Positions 26,601-41,800 of a stretch of 64,000 nucleotides of DNA are shown piece by piece. The notes under the pieces are model-generated. The model was not told the DNA's origin. It ran no database searches and saw only the letters and a list, made by a program, of their open reading frames with translations. The number at the start of each line of letters is the position of its first letter. Position 1 is the first letter of the stretch. The position numbers and the translations under genes were made by a program. The stretch is from NCBI RefSeq assembly GCF_964204645.1, contig NC_134026.1, positions 11,431,950 through 11,495,949 on the forward strand. The letters are read 5' to 3'. The stretch comes from Tubulanus polymorphus (lineage: Eukaryota; Animalia; Nemertea).

Positions 26601-29600
26601 TGTTAATCGAGGGATTCTAACATACAAAGTTTCATCAGGATTAATATTAGAAGGATTATGAGTAATTATATGATGAGATCTTTCTGCTTTAATTGCATTA
26701 GAATTCTTAGAAGGATTTATATAACTCCCACTCATTTATTTAAGAAAAAAAATTAATAATTTATTCTTTATCATATTCACTAATCCAATAATAGTTGCAC
26801 TTACAACTGTAATTAAAAATAAAATAATATGTTCAGCAGCAAAGTTAAGAATATTTCCAGCAGATTTTAAAACAAAACCAACAATTTATGCTATAACTCC
26901 GGGTAAAGCTGCAGCAGATTTTTTAGATAGTTCCCATAAATATTTTGCTAATTTTATTAAACCTTCCTTAACTTTATCTTGTATTGAATTATTACTCGGG
27001 GGTTTATCAGGTGGTTTAGGACTTGGTGTAGATTTTAATGAATTTGATATAACTAAACCTATTGTTGTAAATACCATAGTTACAGATGTTAGAATTGAAA
27101 GAATTGTGATACCTTCTAACTTAAATAATAATCTTATTCTATCTTTCAATGATATATCAGAATCTGGTTTTATCAATAAATCTTTAAAAATAACTTTTTA
27201 TTTCTTAATATGATTGAGATCATATGATTTTAATAATATGTCTCTTTCTTTTTCCTGAAATTCTTAGCTATATTTGAAATCATCTATTTCTTTTTTTAAA
27301 GCCGACTTTCTGCTTTCATATTCAGGTTCATCGATTACTTTAAGATTTTTATCTAATTCTAATTGTTTTAATTCTTCATATGCATCAGATAATGTTTTTC
27401 TAACACGGTTATTTTAGAAAATCTCATCTTAATATTAACAATTTCATCAGCTGATTTTTGTACACCTTTAATTTCTCTACGTGCTTGTTCAGGAAATGTT
27501 TCTAATTCTTCATCAGTTAAATCAATAAATCCTTTTTCTGATAAAAGCATCTGATTTATTCCAATTCCAGTGCCAGATGTATTTGAAATACTATTCACCA
27601 ATTCTCTAATTGAATTAACTGTTTCTATCTTGTTTCAACCTGTGATCCTAAAATACAAATTAAATAAATTCTAATAGATTGATTTATTCTTTGTATACCT
27701 GAATTGGAAAAACCTTCACTACTTTCTAAGATGAAATTAATCCAACCATTATTATTATCAATTATGATAAGCTTCAAATCTATGCATATAATCAATTCTT
27801 TTTTATTTCAAACTGTTCACCAACACCATGTAATTTTACCATGCGCTCAAAACTCGGAACTAATATCTATATTATATTCATTACATATTTTATAAAACTT
27901 AGATGGATTAATATTATTATCCAATTCTTTAAAATATTTTGATCCAGGTAAAGGACATTCTAATTCGTTTAATGTAATTCTAATTTGAAAATATGTGTGA
28001 AATCTAAATATTGTATGAGTTAATTTTAAATCAGAATAATTCAAATTTGTATTTAAGTTATTAAGATGATTGTTCCAACTTATACCATATCCTGTTGTTG
28101 CATAATAAACAGCAAAATTCAATTGATTCTGCCAATATTTCGTATTAGATTTTATTTTATATATATTATATTCATCTCGAGTAAAAGTAACTTCATATGT
28201 ATTAAATACATTTTCCATTCTAGAAATAGAAAACTTTGTTTCAGTAACATAAATTTCTAAATTAACTAATGGATTTAAAACAGAATTTTTATATTTAATA
28301 TCTATATTAAAATCTATTGCTGGAATATTATATTTAATTGATTTATTATATTGGAAAGCTTTTGGAAACCCCATTTATATAATTAATTAATCATTTAAAT
28401 AATCTATCTTGTTCTTCAATTGTTATATTACCATTTAAACTAATAATATAATCTAATGTATTTTTTTATTTATTTATTTCTTTTATATTAGATTTCATTA
28501 TTACCTTTTATATTTAATTTTGAACTTATTCCGGTTAAAACACTTGATGATAATCCTAGCACACCAATTGATATAGTTAAAGGTGTTAATGAACTGAATA
28601 TTGCTAAAAATGTTATTACAGAACTAATTGTAACTGAACCACTAATTATAAAATAATATATAATTTTAGATTTTAAATATTTTTTCTTTTCAATTTTAAA
28701 AATCATTTTGAAAATTCTAATATTTGTTTTTCAAAATATAATTTTTATTTAGTTTTACTGATATCATGAGGAATAATGTCAATATTATCAACTTTAGATA
28801 TTATTTTAGATCTAATACCTATAAATTCAATCATTTCCTCACCACCTAATTCATCTTTTAATTTACTGGGCACCTTTTTATTACAATTGTTAAACAATTC
28901 ATGATCTTTTGGATAATTACTAAAGTCGAAATGGAAAATTATCTTATTAATGGATAATTTTCCATTGCTTAATATAACCTGGCTAAACATCTCGATAAAA
29001 TCATTAAACCGCATATACCGTCAAAATTCATGTTAAATAGCACTTGGGAGTATCTTAAAAAACTAAAACAATTCGTTTTTAAACCTTCTGATATCCTTAT
29101 AAGTTTTGATGTAGAGTCACTATTCACTAATGTTCCATTGAAAGAAACCATACATATAGTTTCCGATTATGTATATGCTTCTGAGTCTAAACCTTCATAT
29201 GATCAGGCTACATTCAAATAATTACTGAAAATCGCAACTTCGGGATTGTTTATGTACAATGATCGTATTTTCAAGCAGGTTGATGGGGTCACCACGGGCA
29301 GCCCCTTAGGCCCAACCTTTGTCTTGCCCATTTTGAAAACTTGCTCCTCTCCAAAACTAATTACAAACCAACATAATACCTGAAATACTTGGATGATATT
29401 TTCGGCATATTTCGAAATGAATCCACTTACAGACTATTTTTTGAAGAATTGAATCGCCTCCATTCTAACCTGAAATTCACTTTTGAACTGGGTCCTAATC
29501 TATTACCTTTTCTCGATACCGAAATACAAATTCCGTTAGAAACCGGTGGTGACTTTATATCTCGAGTGTACAGTAAAGCTTCCAACACAGGCCTACTTTT

Positions 29601-32600
29601 GAACTTCAACGCCATGTGCCCGTACAAATAGAAAATAGGACTCATCAATACCATGCTTTTTCGTGCCTACAATATTTGCAGTGACTGGACCATCTTTTCA
29701 GAAGAAATCAATTTCTTGAAAAATCTGTTTAAAATCTAATGCGTTTCCTATTCATGTCATCGATCAATGTATCAATAGATTTTGAAATCAAAACAGAACT
29801 CCGAACCTAAACCGAAACCTGTAGATGAAGATGGAATTGATCTATTCATTTCATTACCGTATATTGGTAACCCGTCAATCCTATTTGCCCGAAAATTAAA
29901 ATATCTATTTAAAAGGAAATTCGAAATCAACTTGAAATGCGCATTCACGACGACCAAAATTAAGAATTTTTTCTCTTTGAAATGTGCTACCCCTAAATCG
30001 CTGAAGGCTAAAGTCATATATAAATTTAATTGTTTATGTGACATAAACACTTCCTATATTGGGAAAACTAAACGACATTTGGCCATCAGGATTAAAGAAC
30101 ACAGATCAATGACTTCTGCGATTGGACAACATCTCGCAACTTGTCACACTTGTGATCAGGAATTCAGTGACAACAAATTCAAAATTCTAGACAAAGGTTC
30201 ATCTGATCTCGACTGTAAAATTAGGGAAGCCCTGTTTATTAAAGCGCAACGACCCTCCTTAAATCAACGATTATTTCAAAACGTCTAATCCTTTAATCCT
30301 AAATGTATTCAAATAATTAGCTTGTAATTAAATACTTGGTTTGTAATTAGCTTAGAATTTAGCACTTGTAATTTTGTAACATATGTTGTATATAAACCTG
30401 TAGTTTAAGCATTTGATTCACTTGTATTTCACCTGATGAGGGGATATGATCCCGAAAACGTGTTAATAAACTGTCTTTACTCATTAGAAAATGAGGTTTT
30501 TAGTGTTATCCCCTCTATGGTTAATGTATTAAGTGTTTAATATTTTACATCCCCCAGCAATTGTTCTATGACAATATTGATTGGGAGGACCACAGACTTA
30601 AGGTCTTAATGTACAATTTTCATTACGCTGAAAATGAATTTCATTTTTCTGCCGAACGATTAAGTCACGATATTTTTATTATTAAACCTCATTAATGCGA
30701 TTCTGTTAAAGACGAAACAAGGTTATTCTGATGCCTTGAATCATGTCCCAGCCAAAATATCTATATCAATCAAGATTTGGATACAAAACCCATTTAATAG
30801 AGCAATTTCAGCACCTTCGTCTACAAGATTCATATCAACCACGTAGGCCTACAACTGCAAGGCCCTATTGATGAATAATGAAAACAAAAACAGAACGATA
30901 TTTCTGAATGCAAAATACTCTGATGCACAGTCGATAGGTAGGTCAACCGGACAAACGTACGCATCAAAACGTCGCACAGAATGCAATGCCAGCGTTTGTG
31001 TCGCTGAGGCAGGCCGATGGAATTTTACAATAAACTGTTAGTCAACAAGATTATTCTGATGCCTTACATCATGTCCCAGCCAAAATATCTATATCAATCA
31101 AGATTTGGATACAAAACCCATTCAATATAACATTTTTAGCGCATTCGTCTACAAGATTCATATCAACCACGTAGGCCTACAACTGCAAGGCCCTATTGCT
31201 GAATAATGAAAACAAAAACAGAACAAAATTTCTGAATGCAAAATACTCTGATGACAGTCGATAGGTAGGTCAACCGGACAAACGTACGCATCAAAACGTC
31301 GCACAGAATGCAATGCCAGCGTTTGCGTCACTGAGGCAGCCCGATGGAATTTTACAATAAACTGTCAGTCAACTGATTGATGATACAGCATGGTTATTCT
31401 CGGCGTACTTAACTATGATATTTTTCACCAATAAACAACTCTGGTTAAATTGAGTAAAATAATCTATATTTATCGGTGATATCGTATCATGGTTGGGTGG
31501 AAGTTTACCGTTTGATGTTTCGTGTCATCATCAAATGGTTTTAACTTTATTTAGTAAAGGCGTTCAAGAACACCTGTTGATTTCTGCAGTTAATCCAATC
31601 ATAGAGGAGACCGCTCTCTGATTGGCTTTCTAAAACTGATATTTTTGCCTTCAGCTTTTCGCAAAAACTTCCTGTAAATTTCAACTGGATAATGCTCTAA
31701 TGCTTGATTAGTACGAATACATACTCAGTCGCTTAACTTAAGTAACTTAAATTTGCCCCATTTGTATAGCAATAGGCTAAGCCTAGGGCTGGCCTAAAGA
31801 GACTGTTATTTCTGGTTATGAAAATTGCACAAACATGACTTATTCAATTGAGGTTATTAACTACGGGAAAACATTTTGTCAAAAGAAAAGAAAATTTTTC
31901 TTGGAGATAATGATACACATTAGAAAATGAATTTCTTTCAGTAGTCAACTGGCAGTTTTGTGCAATCTCAACAAGAGCATATCATTTTAGTACAATGCCT
32001 TTACATGGGACCATTTGGCAGCAAAGCTGCTGCTAGGTGTTGCTATTGCTACTTATTGTTTAATGTGTAAGACTCTTTGCTTGCACAATCTTTACATTAG
32101 GCCTTTGTCTATTTTATTTCCAGAGCATACAATGCATTAAGTATGTGAGGATAAAATCGAACTGAAAATAAATACCGTTACCTTTCTCAGGGTGAATGAA
32201 ATGTGTTTGGTGTCATATACTGCTGGAAACATTGAGTGAAATTCATACTTGAAATCTTCATAGCTCTCTGAATTAGAAGAACATTATTGACGCATGCCAG
32301 ATGAACTGAGTTAATAACCCATTTGCAACTACGTTTGATTTTGTTCCAGTATCCCTATAATGGATTTCAAGGCCTCAAATACATATAGCAAATTGGCAAT
32401 ATTTAATTGTAAGTAATAAAAGATTTTATATGAACTGCAACCAGGTGGACCATTTCAATTGTAATACTCTTATTGCCCAATAAAAAGGATTAAAAGCATT
32501 GTCATGTCACATTCCTGGCATAGCATTTCATTTTTGAAATGAATTCCATGAGTAAAAGCAGGTTTTGTTTATGATCACATTTTTTGTCACCTAATATGCT

Positions 32601-32778
32601 CATTTTCATCCAAATTGGCTGTTTTATTATTTTTAAATTGGATTACAGATTTCATGGAATTGATTTAATTGATGGGGCAGAAAAACATCTTTTTAAATTT
32701 TTTCTTAAAACATGGAATTCATTGCTAACTAGCAGAGTAGGAGCAAATACATATAAATAATAATATTATAATACTGAA

Positions 32779-32817
<39 letters not shown>

Positions 32818-35800
32818 ATATATATATATATAATGACCTGAGATCTGACTCATCGAAAAAGTATAAAAAATATATATAATGACCTGAGATCTGACTCATC
32901 GAAAAAGTAGCTCGAATTAGTCATCAATTAGTCATTTATTCATCATTCACTGCGTGCGTATAGTTCACATACAACCCGTGGTGGCGCCATTTATAAGGTT
33001 ATCTATGACAATCTGCAAAAGCACATGTGCGCACTAGTATGCATAGCCTCTATATAATCGATAAAATAAACATCATTTGTTCTCCGCATTAACAGACCTA
33101 CAATGCTACCCACTTATATAATATCATCATGTTTTAAACAACGGTAGCAACTGTATACAATGGCAAGAGTTTATTAATTGAAATCACTCCCAAAATATCG
33201 CATGAAATGTCTAGGGAAATGACTGGAAGCCGCGAGCGTTTGTCAGAGATGACGTCAGAAACATCCACCTGAACGTGTAGAAATTGACGATTTATAAGTC
33301 GTATTTCTCAGTAATGGCTGAACTAAAATTCAAACCAGTAGCATATTTGATATTTGTGAATACATCAGATTTGAAAATGACTTTTACACAATATTCTATT
33401 TTGATGGCATTTGCTCTTTAAAGTGGACTATAATGTGGTATAATGTGGTCACCTGTGACGGTGGAGACAATAAATGATCTCGAGGACTCTGCCTGTAAAC
33501 CGGAGACTGGGTCATTTGAAAATTGTTCCAATGGAGGCCCCAGGTAACAGAAATTTAGATAGCAAACAAATATGTAAAGTAGTTTAATTGCCTGTGAATT
33601 AAGTACCGATGAGTATGATCATTTTATGCAGTACTGAAGATCTCAACCCGGGGATGCAACATTCTTATTTACTGTGAACCACTGGCTTCAGTAAGCTTTG
33701 AACTGGCAGCAGTTCTTTGAAGGCTACAGTAAGCCGTTATTTGTTTGTTTTCATTTAATAAGGGTTTTCTGTTACATCGCAGAAAACCCTACTGAGATTC
33801 GCGTGATTATCATTAGGGTTTTCTGTTTCTTCATAGAAAACCCTATTGAGATTTGCGTGATTAGTATTATTAGGGTTTTCTGTTACATCACAGAAAACCC
33901 TATTGAGATTCGCGTGATTATTAGGGTTTCTGCTGCCTCGGCAGAAACCCTATTGGATTCCTGCTGATTATTATTTTAACATATTTTCCACTGAGTTTCG
34001 TCACATAAAAATCATCTTCTATTAGATTTGACTACTAACAACTTTGAAATGAAATGTTAAACTGATAATAATATAACAGTCTCTTTCTGCGCGTAGTTTC
34101 TATGGATGTACTGTGCTTCCTATTTTAAACTTGAAGTTACTTAAAGATAACACCGGTGGAAATAGCAATCATCAATCATGGCGCGCACACTGGCGCGAAT
34201 CTGTAAATTTGTGACGTCATTTCATAAATAAATAAAGAAGGAAGGCTCCGAGAATATCCAAATCACATGTTACTGTGAATAACGGGGGTTCGACCATTCA
34301 CAAGTTAAAAATGTACTTCCTTGTTTGTGATTTTATATTTTCAAAAAAATATTTTTCACAATATGAAAAATTATTCAAATAAAATTCATATGATGTCACA
34401 TATCAGAGGGTGGCTGAATATTGAGTCTTGGAAGCGAAACCTCTTCCAATGTATGGCTGCCGAAGCTAAGACACCGGGGCGTATTATTAGATCCTTTTAA
34501 ATCCTGGAATTTACCACTAAAATATTCAGACCTCGACCTATACCTTTAGTTTGCTGCTTAGTATTTTCAGGTCACAACAATTATTCCATTATTCCTGAAG
34601 ATGACTATTAGGATATGAGCATTTAAAATTCGCACATATACGGGCCCTAGTCCAATGAAACATTCGCCATTAATGGCTTTCCTATAATTATTTTAGTAGC
34701 GCCGGAATTCCCTGTATATCCCAAAAACAGCCAATCACATTCGCTCGTAGAGACGGCACCCCCAATCAAGGTCATTGCAATTTTATACGCAAGAGCTAAG
34801 AATTTTCTCGCCAAAGATTACAGTTTATCGTCGAATTTAAACAAAGTTGACCATGTCATCGACGGAGATTCGTCATGTCTTCAATCGCATCGATTATTCG
34901 TCGTTTGACCCGAGAACCAATGAAAAAAATGCTCACATAAAAAAACGTACCGAGATTTTACATGAATTGGCTCAATGCCAACCTCATATTACTGACAAAG
35001 GTAAACCAAAAAGCGATACCAGCTTAATGTAGCCTTCAAGGAACTGCTGCTAGTTCACAGCATACTGAAGCCATTGGTTCACATTAAATAAGAAAGTAAT
35101 AAACCAACTTAATGAAGCCAAGAATATAAAGAGAATGAACACATAGACCTCATCATGAACATTAACTAAAAATATAGCTGCAAAGCAGCGATAACGGGTT
35201 TTCTGCACAGTCTAAGAATCCTGTTCAACGGTTCAACGGTTAACACATAAGAGGTAGGTTGACAAACAGTCAATTACATCTACTTGAAACCATGGACAAC
35301 TGGACCAGATGGTCCTATTTGACTCTGGAAAATCGACTGTTAAGATAAAATAAGAAAGATAAAATACAATATAAACTTCTAGAACTTTGAAGTCACGAAT
35401 TAAAAAGATTTTTCAAGCAATGCCCTACTCCAAACAACCTCTAGCTTTCAAGGTAAACCACACTTTGCCCACGGGTAATTTATTTATTTACTATCATCTG
35501 TTACATAAAAAACAGTTTTGTAAACAAGCAGCTGTAACTCCTGGAGTAAAATCTGACGGAAGTCAATATCTGTGCCAGCAGACCCATACACCATCTGTGA
35601 AAGGTATGAAAAATTATAATTAGAGCCCCAGGCGGCACTATAGCCAGCCTGCAATATTCGCCTTTCGTGAATGGTTCTTTGTTTCCGAATACACTCTCTG
35701 CTTTACACAGTACACAATCATTTTTTTTGACAGACAGGGAGATTGCTGTAACAATTACTTCAGCAGTGGTGTTGGATGTGCAGCGAATACAGTGGCGATA

Positions 35801-38800
35801 TGCATGGCAATAGTTAACTACGGCAATAGTAAACTGAATGACGTTTCATTACATGCCATGTGATAGCAAAACGTTAGAGCCCATAGCTTGTTACAATTGA
35901 GAAAATAAAACATAAATTCGGATCTTTATCATTTATTCAAAACACATCATAAAAATCTAATTACAGAAAGCCTACAGAATTAACTGTGATTTTGCCTAGG
36001 AGCAAGAGAGGCACGAATTTAGCTCGGATCCAGTTTTCTTCAAGTTCTAGGCACGACTGTTTTCCTCATGAGCCATGCTCGCTTACTTACTTTTTCATGG
36101 TAGTGAGTTGGTATTTTGACAATACCTGATTCTTCAACTCTACTGATTTCGACCTGCCTAGCTTTTTGCTTTTAAGCGGGCTGCTCGTATCTTCTGCTGG
36201 TAGGATAGGATAGGATTGTAAATTTTTATAGCACCTTGTAAATAGCAGGACTATTATCAAAGGCGCTCTCCAGCCGAAGATGATGACTTGAACAGAAATG
36301 TCTTGAGCTGTGCTTTGAATGCTGGCAGAGAGTCAATATCACGGAGAGGTTGTGGAAGGGAGTTCCACACTGTAGGTGCAAATGTCTCAAATGCACATCC
36401 GCTGAATGACTTAAGACGACATGATCTGACTAACAGAAGGTTCTGCGACCCGGAACGAAGTGTTCGGACAGGTCTGTAAACTGTTAACAGGCTGGAGAGG
36501 TAAGAGGGTGCCAAGTTATGGAGGCACTTGAAAACCAGCAAAGCAACATTAAATAAGATCCGTTTGCGTACTGGTAGCCAATGAAGTGAACGGAGAATCG
36601 GAGAGATGTGATCACGTGACTTAGTGAGTGTAATAATCCTAGCAGCTCTATTTTGCACAAGTTGGAGTCTATGAAGAAGATAATCGCTGATATCGTACAA
36701 GCAGCTATTGCAATAGTCTAATCGCGACAGAACTAAAGACTCCGTTAACATTTTCGCTGAGTTCTGTGTGAGGAAGCGACGAGTAGAACCAATAATCCTA
36801 AGATGAAACGAAGCGGAACGAGCCACACTTTTGACTTGGCTGTCCATGGAGAGGGACGAATCAAACATCACACCTAAGTTTCTCACCGGTACTTTCTGCA
36901 CTGGGATGAAGGTGCCACCGACATTTAGAGGTGGTATGTGAATTAACAAACTCTGCTTAGTTCCAACGAGAAGGGCCTCGAACTTATCCGGATTACTCAT
37001 GAGTTTATTTTCAAAGAGCCATGAATGAACCCTGTTCAAGGTGTCCTGGAGTTCTTTAAGCTGCTGGGATAGATCTGCATCAAATTTGCAAGACAAGGCA
37101 ACATACGTTTGTTTGTCATCTGCAAAGCCATGTCGCTTTACAATATCACTAGTAAACAGATGCATAAGTGGCAATACATAGACAAGGAACAGAAGGGGTC
37201 CAAGGACAGAGCCCTGGGGTACACCACAGTCCAGAACTTTTGGGTTTGATCGACAACCATCAATAACCACAGCTTGTGTGCGCTCACTCAAATAGGATCG
37301 AAACCAACTAAGTGCACTACCAGATATTCCAAGAAGACTCTCCATGCGAGTGAGGAGAATGTCATGATCCACAGTGTCGAAAGCAGCACTTAAGTCGAGG
37401 AGCACAAGTAGAGCACAGCCATGACTGTCCACCATACACTTGAGATCATTCTGAACCCTGAGTATTGCAGTTTCAGTGCTATGATTACGCTTATAGGCTG
37501 ACTGTAGGGCTTGTAGGCACTAGAGTAGTTGTTTGTGGGTTTTAATCATAGTTTCGTTGGTTCAACTGTCAACTATCGTCCAGCTTGTGGCGACATCTCT
37601 GTGAGTAACAAATTATGAGTTTGACACATGTGATTTAAATCATTGTCATTCTCTGGTTGTCATTCGGCCTAACCGGACGATGATCTTTCAATAAATAATA
37701 AATCATCTCAATATATTTTCTACTTTATTTATTGCAGGTGAGTGGCAAGTTAATGATATATAATCCTTAGTCTAAAAAAGACACATTTCTTGGGCTGGAT
37801 CTGTGGTATAATTACCATATCGTTGTTACTTATAATGATGGATTTTTGAGTTGTCCTCAGTCAAAATGGTTGGAGGTTTGATTCAATTCCTTTCCGGTAG
37901 TAAGGTAATTTTGGCGGTAAATTGAGATTAGTCTGTGTACTTTGTATTTTAATGTTTGTTGCTTGATATGTCAACTACATCTATGTTAAACTCAAGAGAA
38001 AATATTAAAGCAAAAATTCAAAGGATAAGAAAATCAATAATCTATCATGAATGTTTGTTCAAATAATCTATTATGTAATTCAAATCAGTGTTATTCTCTG
38101 ATTTTTTTTCTGCCTAATCGGACGATGATCTGTTGAATAATTAATGTATAATGTTAATATATTTCTACTCTATTTATTGCAGTTATCAATGTGATCTCAG
38201 TCGATGAGTTCTTCCTATCGTCAGTCGTTGTCATCAAGACACTGAACCCCGATTACTGACAGTTAAAAGAGGAGTCAGCTATGACAAATGGCGCCCAGTG
38301 GGGGACAACGATACGTAATCACACAAGGATCAACCGGCGATTGAGGTAAATGGTCTGAAACAAGATGGTTCCTATCTGGATGTCCAATTGCTCAATTTAA
38401 TCAGACGATCATTGAAGGGTGTGGCACGTGGTTGCCTATTGAATTTGGAGAGCGAGTGGGGGCGTGCTGGAGAAAGTGGCTCGAGTGTGGAATACCCAAG
38501 TACAACGATATGAAGAAAACCATAGAGACACCAGCGGCTACCATAGCTGAGTTGAAACGAGAGATGCAGCAGTACATTACAGCTAGACTGAAAATAAGGA
38601 CTAAACCGATCAGTCAAGATTTTTGACCAGGCCATGGAATTGCTAGATATGGAGCTCCAAGTGATCGTGGGGATAATCGCCTGCAATCCAGGAGTCGTCA
38701 GCGGGGTTGTTATGCTTATGGCAGTACCGACCATTATGCGATTACACTCGTGCTGAAAAGTCAGGCTGAACACAATTAGTGGGTCACAAACGAGACGGAA

Positions 38801-41800
38801 ATTGTAGTCAACGGAGATAAATGCATGGCGTTGGTTCATACAGGGGCGCAAGTGACTACAATTATCGAATTTCTAAATCGGGTGAAAGATGTGAAAATGT
38901 ATCCAGTTCAGGATTTACTCGATACTAAAACCACCTGTGGAGGTGAACTTCCGTACTTGGAGCTGCCGAGTAAGATATGATAATGAACCAGCAAATAATA
39001 ATTGCACTTGTCTTAGTGACAGCTGAAACTGAGTAAAACTGTACGTGTCATCATTGAAACTGATGTTCTAGACGTTGTAAACAATAGGGGGATAATGCAA
39101 TTGGAACTACTAAAAGGTGCTTATCATCAGCTCCCACGGAGGTGCGAACGACAACTGAAACAACAGTGCACCCTATGGCGTAGATATTTATAAAAGGCAT
39201 TGTTCGTGGCATCCCTGGAGATTTAGAAGACGATGACATGTAGCTCTCATTAGGCATCGCAACCTGGAATGCTGGTGTTAGTTCCAACCATCAACAAGGT
39301 CGCTTTGGTTTGTTGTTACCAACTCAGTGTGTGTGTTTGGAATGTTTGTCATCCCGTCACCGTGACTACATGAACAAAGGTACAAAGTGCACCCGGTCCT
39401 GAAGAATCCTATTACACCAGTGCGGACGCAAAACTAGGGTCATCGGATAAGGTGTGCATCAGAAGCTGCGTTGAGAAAACACCTGTCAATTTCTCCACCG
39501 GTGATCTGGATAACAGGTGTGCCAATGTCTTGAAACACGAGATCCCATTGTGGGAGGGCATTCCGGTCAAGGAACGATATTGTCGTGCCTACATCATGGT
39601 TAACAAGGTCAAGGACCTCAGCTGGTATTACACGACCGGCTTATTCGCCATATTCATCGCCTGTGGTGCTTGTCCCGAAAAAAAGATGGAGGTCTGCGAT
39701 TCTGTGTACTACCGCATCCTTAATCATTAGCCAGTCAAGGATCGGTATACATTGCCTCGAGCCAATGATTTAAAAGTAAAAAAGAAAAAATATTAAAAAA
39801 GTAAAATTATATATTATTTTATTATTAGTGGATCTGTTACAATTAGTTCTGTAATAACATTTTTAGCAATATTCAACGGAGAAATTCTAAGAAATTACAT
39901 CTATATGAACCTAAATTATCAGATTATTATACACCAAGTATTGAACAGAAGAAATATGAAATAATTTTGATTTTAGGTGGGATACTTGTTGTATTATTTT
40001 TAGCATATAAATTTAGAAATTAATTATATATTACTTTTTGTAAAATAAATGGAAGATAAAATGGATGGTATTGATATTATTCCGCTCCGCATGATATAGT
40101 CTAAATTAAAATCATATTTCGAGAAACAAATATTAGAATTTGAAAATGATTTAAAAGTAAAAAAAAAAATATTAAAAAAGTAAAATTAGTTCTAAAAATT
40201 ACAATTAGTTCTGTAATAACATTTTTAGCAATATTCAACCCATTAACACCTTTAGCTATATCAATTGGAGTTTTAGGTTTAAGTTCAAGTGTTTTAACGG
40301 GTATAAGTTCAAAATTAAATATAAAAAAGTAATAAAGAAAAAATTAAAACTGATATAATCTTTTTAATTTTTATTTTCTCGGCCTCGACCTTTCGACCTT
40401 TGATCTGAAAACATACTTTACCTATTACTCATATTTACTCCATATCTTCTGTAATAATCTGATAATTTTTTCTTCTTACTCTACAGGAACAGTTGAAGAG
40501 AAGTCTGACCATGTAATTTTCACACCATCGGCAAAGCCGAAAGGCGGTGATGTTTACGTTTTTAAATGGAAAAACGCATCAGAGAAACGTAAGTTCACAA
40601 GATCTTATCAATGTAATTACAAATAAACTTTTGACATAGTTCGAGTTTAGTTTTAGTTCGAGTGCGCCTGATAATGACTATTAGTTTACAGTTGAAACGA
40701 TGCTCGAAATATGTACCCATTTACGCAAGAACTTTCAATATTTCAATATAGCTGAAACTATTTTGTACTTTTCTCGTCCGTCACTATTTTACAAGCATTT
40801 TGTGTATTCCTCGACCTATAAAGTTATATCGTTTATGATCAATTATGGATTATAATAAAATCACCCCACTTTAATTTGGGCGTACCTGTGGAATTTCTAA
40901 GAAAATCGCTATCGGTGTCGTTATCGCAGTTTCATATAATCATTTTTTATGAACTTTCTTATTACAGAAAACTGGAGGTGTGATGGCTATCGATGGAAAA
41001 ATAATGGTGTGAAGCGATTCCCTCGTTATGTTCGTGAGAAAAGTGTACCGAAATCGATTTTCGTTTTGGATACAGCCGATGGCCTGTCAAGAGAATACAT
41101 CAAACATGCGTACGAATTTGAAGAACTGACGATTATCCACTACATTGGCAATGAGAAAAGGGCTATCGATTCTCTTTCCTCATAGATCGTCAAACACCAA
41201 TGCAAAAATACATCACCGCACAGCAAATTCTGTTTTAAAGGAGATCAAGACAAGGCCCAAGGAGGAGCCGTCAAATATATACAGAGATCTTGTTTCCAAA
41301 GAAATACCATCAAACCTTGAACCAGTCTTGAAACCTAGAAATATTGGACAAATCAAAAATGCGAGAGACAGTGTTAAACAGCAGCTCAGACTAAGCCGTG
41401 ATGCACTATATAATGTACATGAAATCGTACTACAGCGTGCCGATGAGGATTATGTTTCGATCATACAGACATACCCCGACTTGATCATCATAGCTGGCAT
41501 AAAATACATGATTGATGAGTTTCAGCAAGTACTTGAACTTAAGTCGGAAAAAGCTGTACAGCTATTATCTTACGAAACAACTTTCAAATTATGGGACTTC
41601 TACGTTTCTACCCTGGTGTTCAGACACGTTTTATTTGAAGGATCGCCATGTATGCCACTGATGTATCTTATCCACGAAAGGAAGTACAGCAACATTCACG
41701 AAATGTTTATGGACACCGTTGCAAAAAGAAATCCTAAACTACGAAAGCACAACGTCCCCATCTTTCTAGACAGAGAAATTGGATTTACTAAGGCCGTCAA

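Larger units (their letters stand above)
22263..28935 (-). mobile_element. Endogenous Polinton/Maverick (adintovirus-like) element, decayed
   Basis: Co-oriented intronless cluster of pPolB fragment, membrane proteins, major capsid protein, integrase-chromodomain and packaging ATPase; very AT-rich; many frameshifts. Confidence 0.9.
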
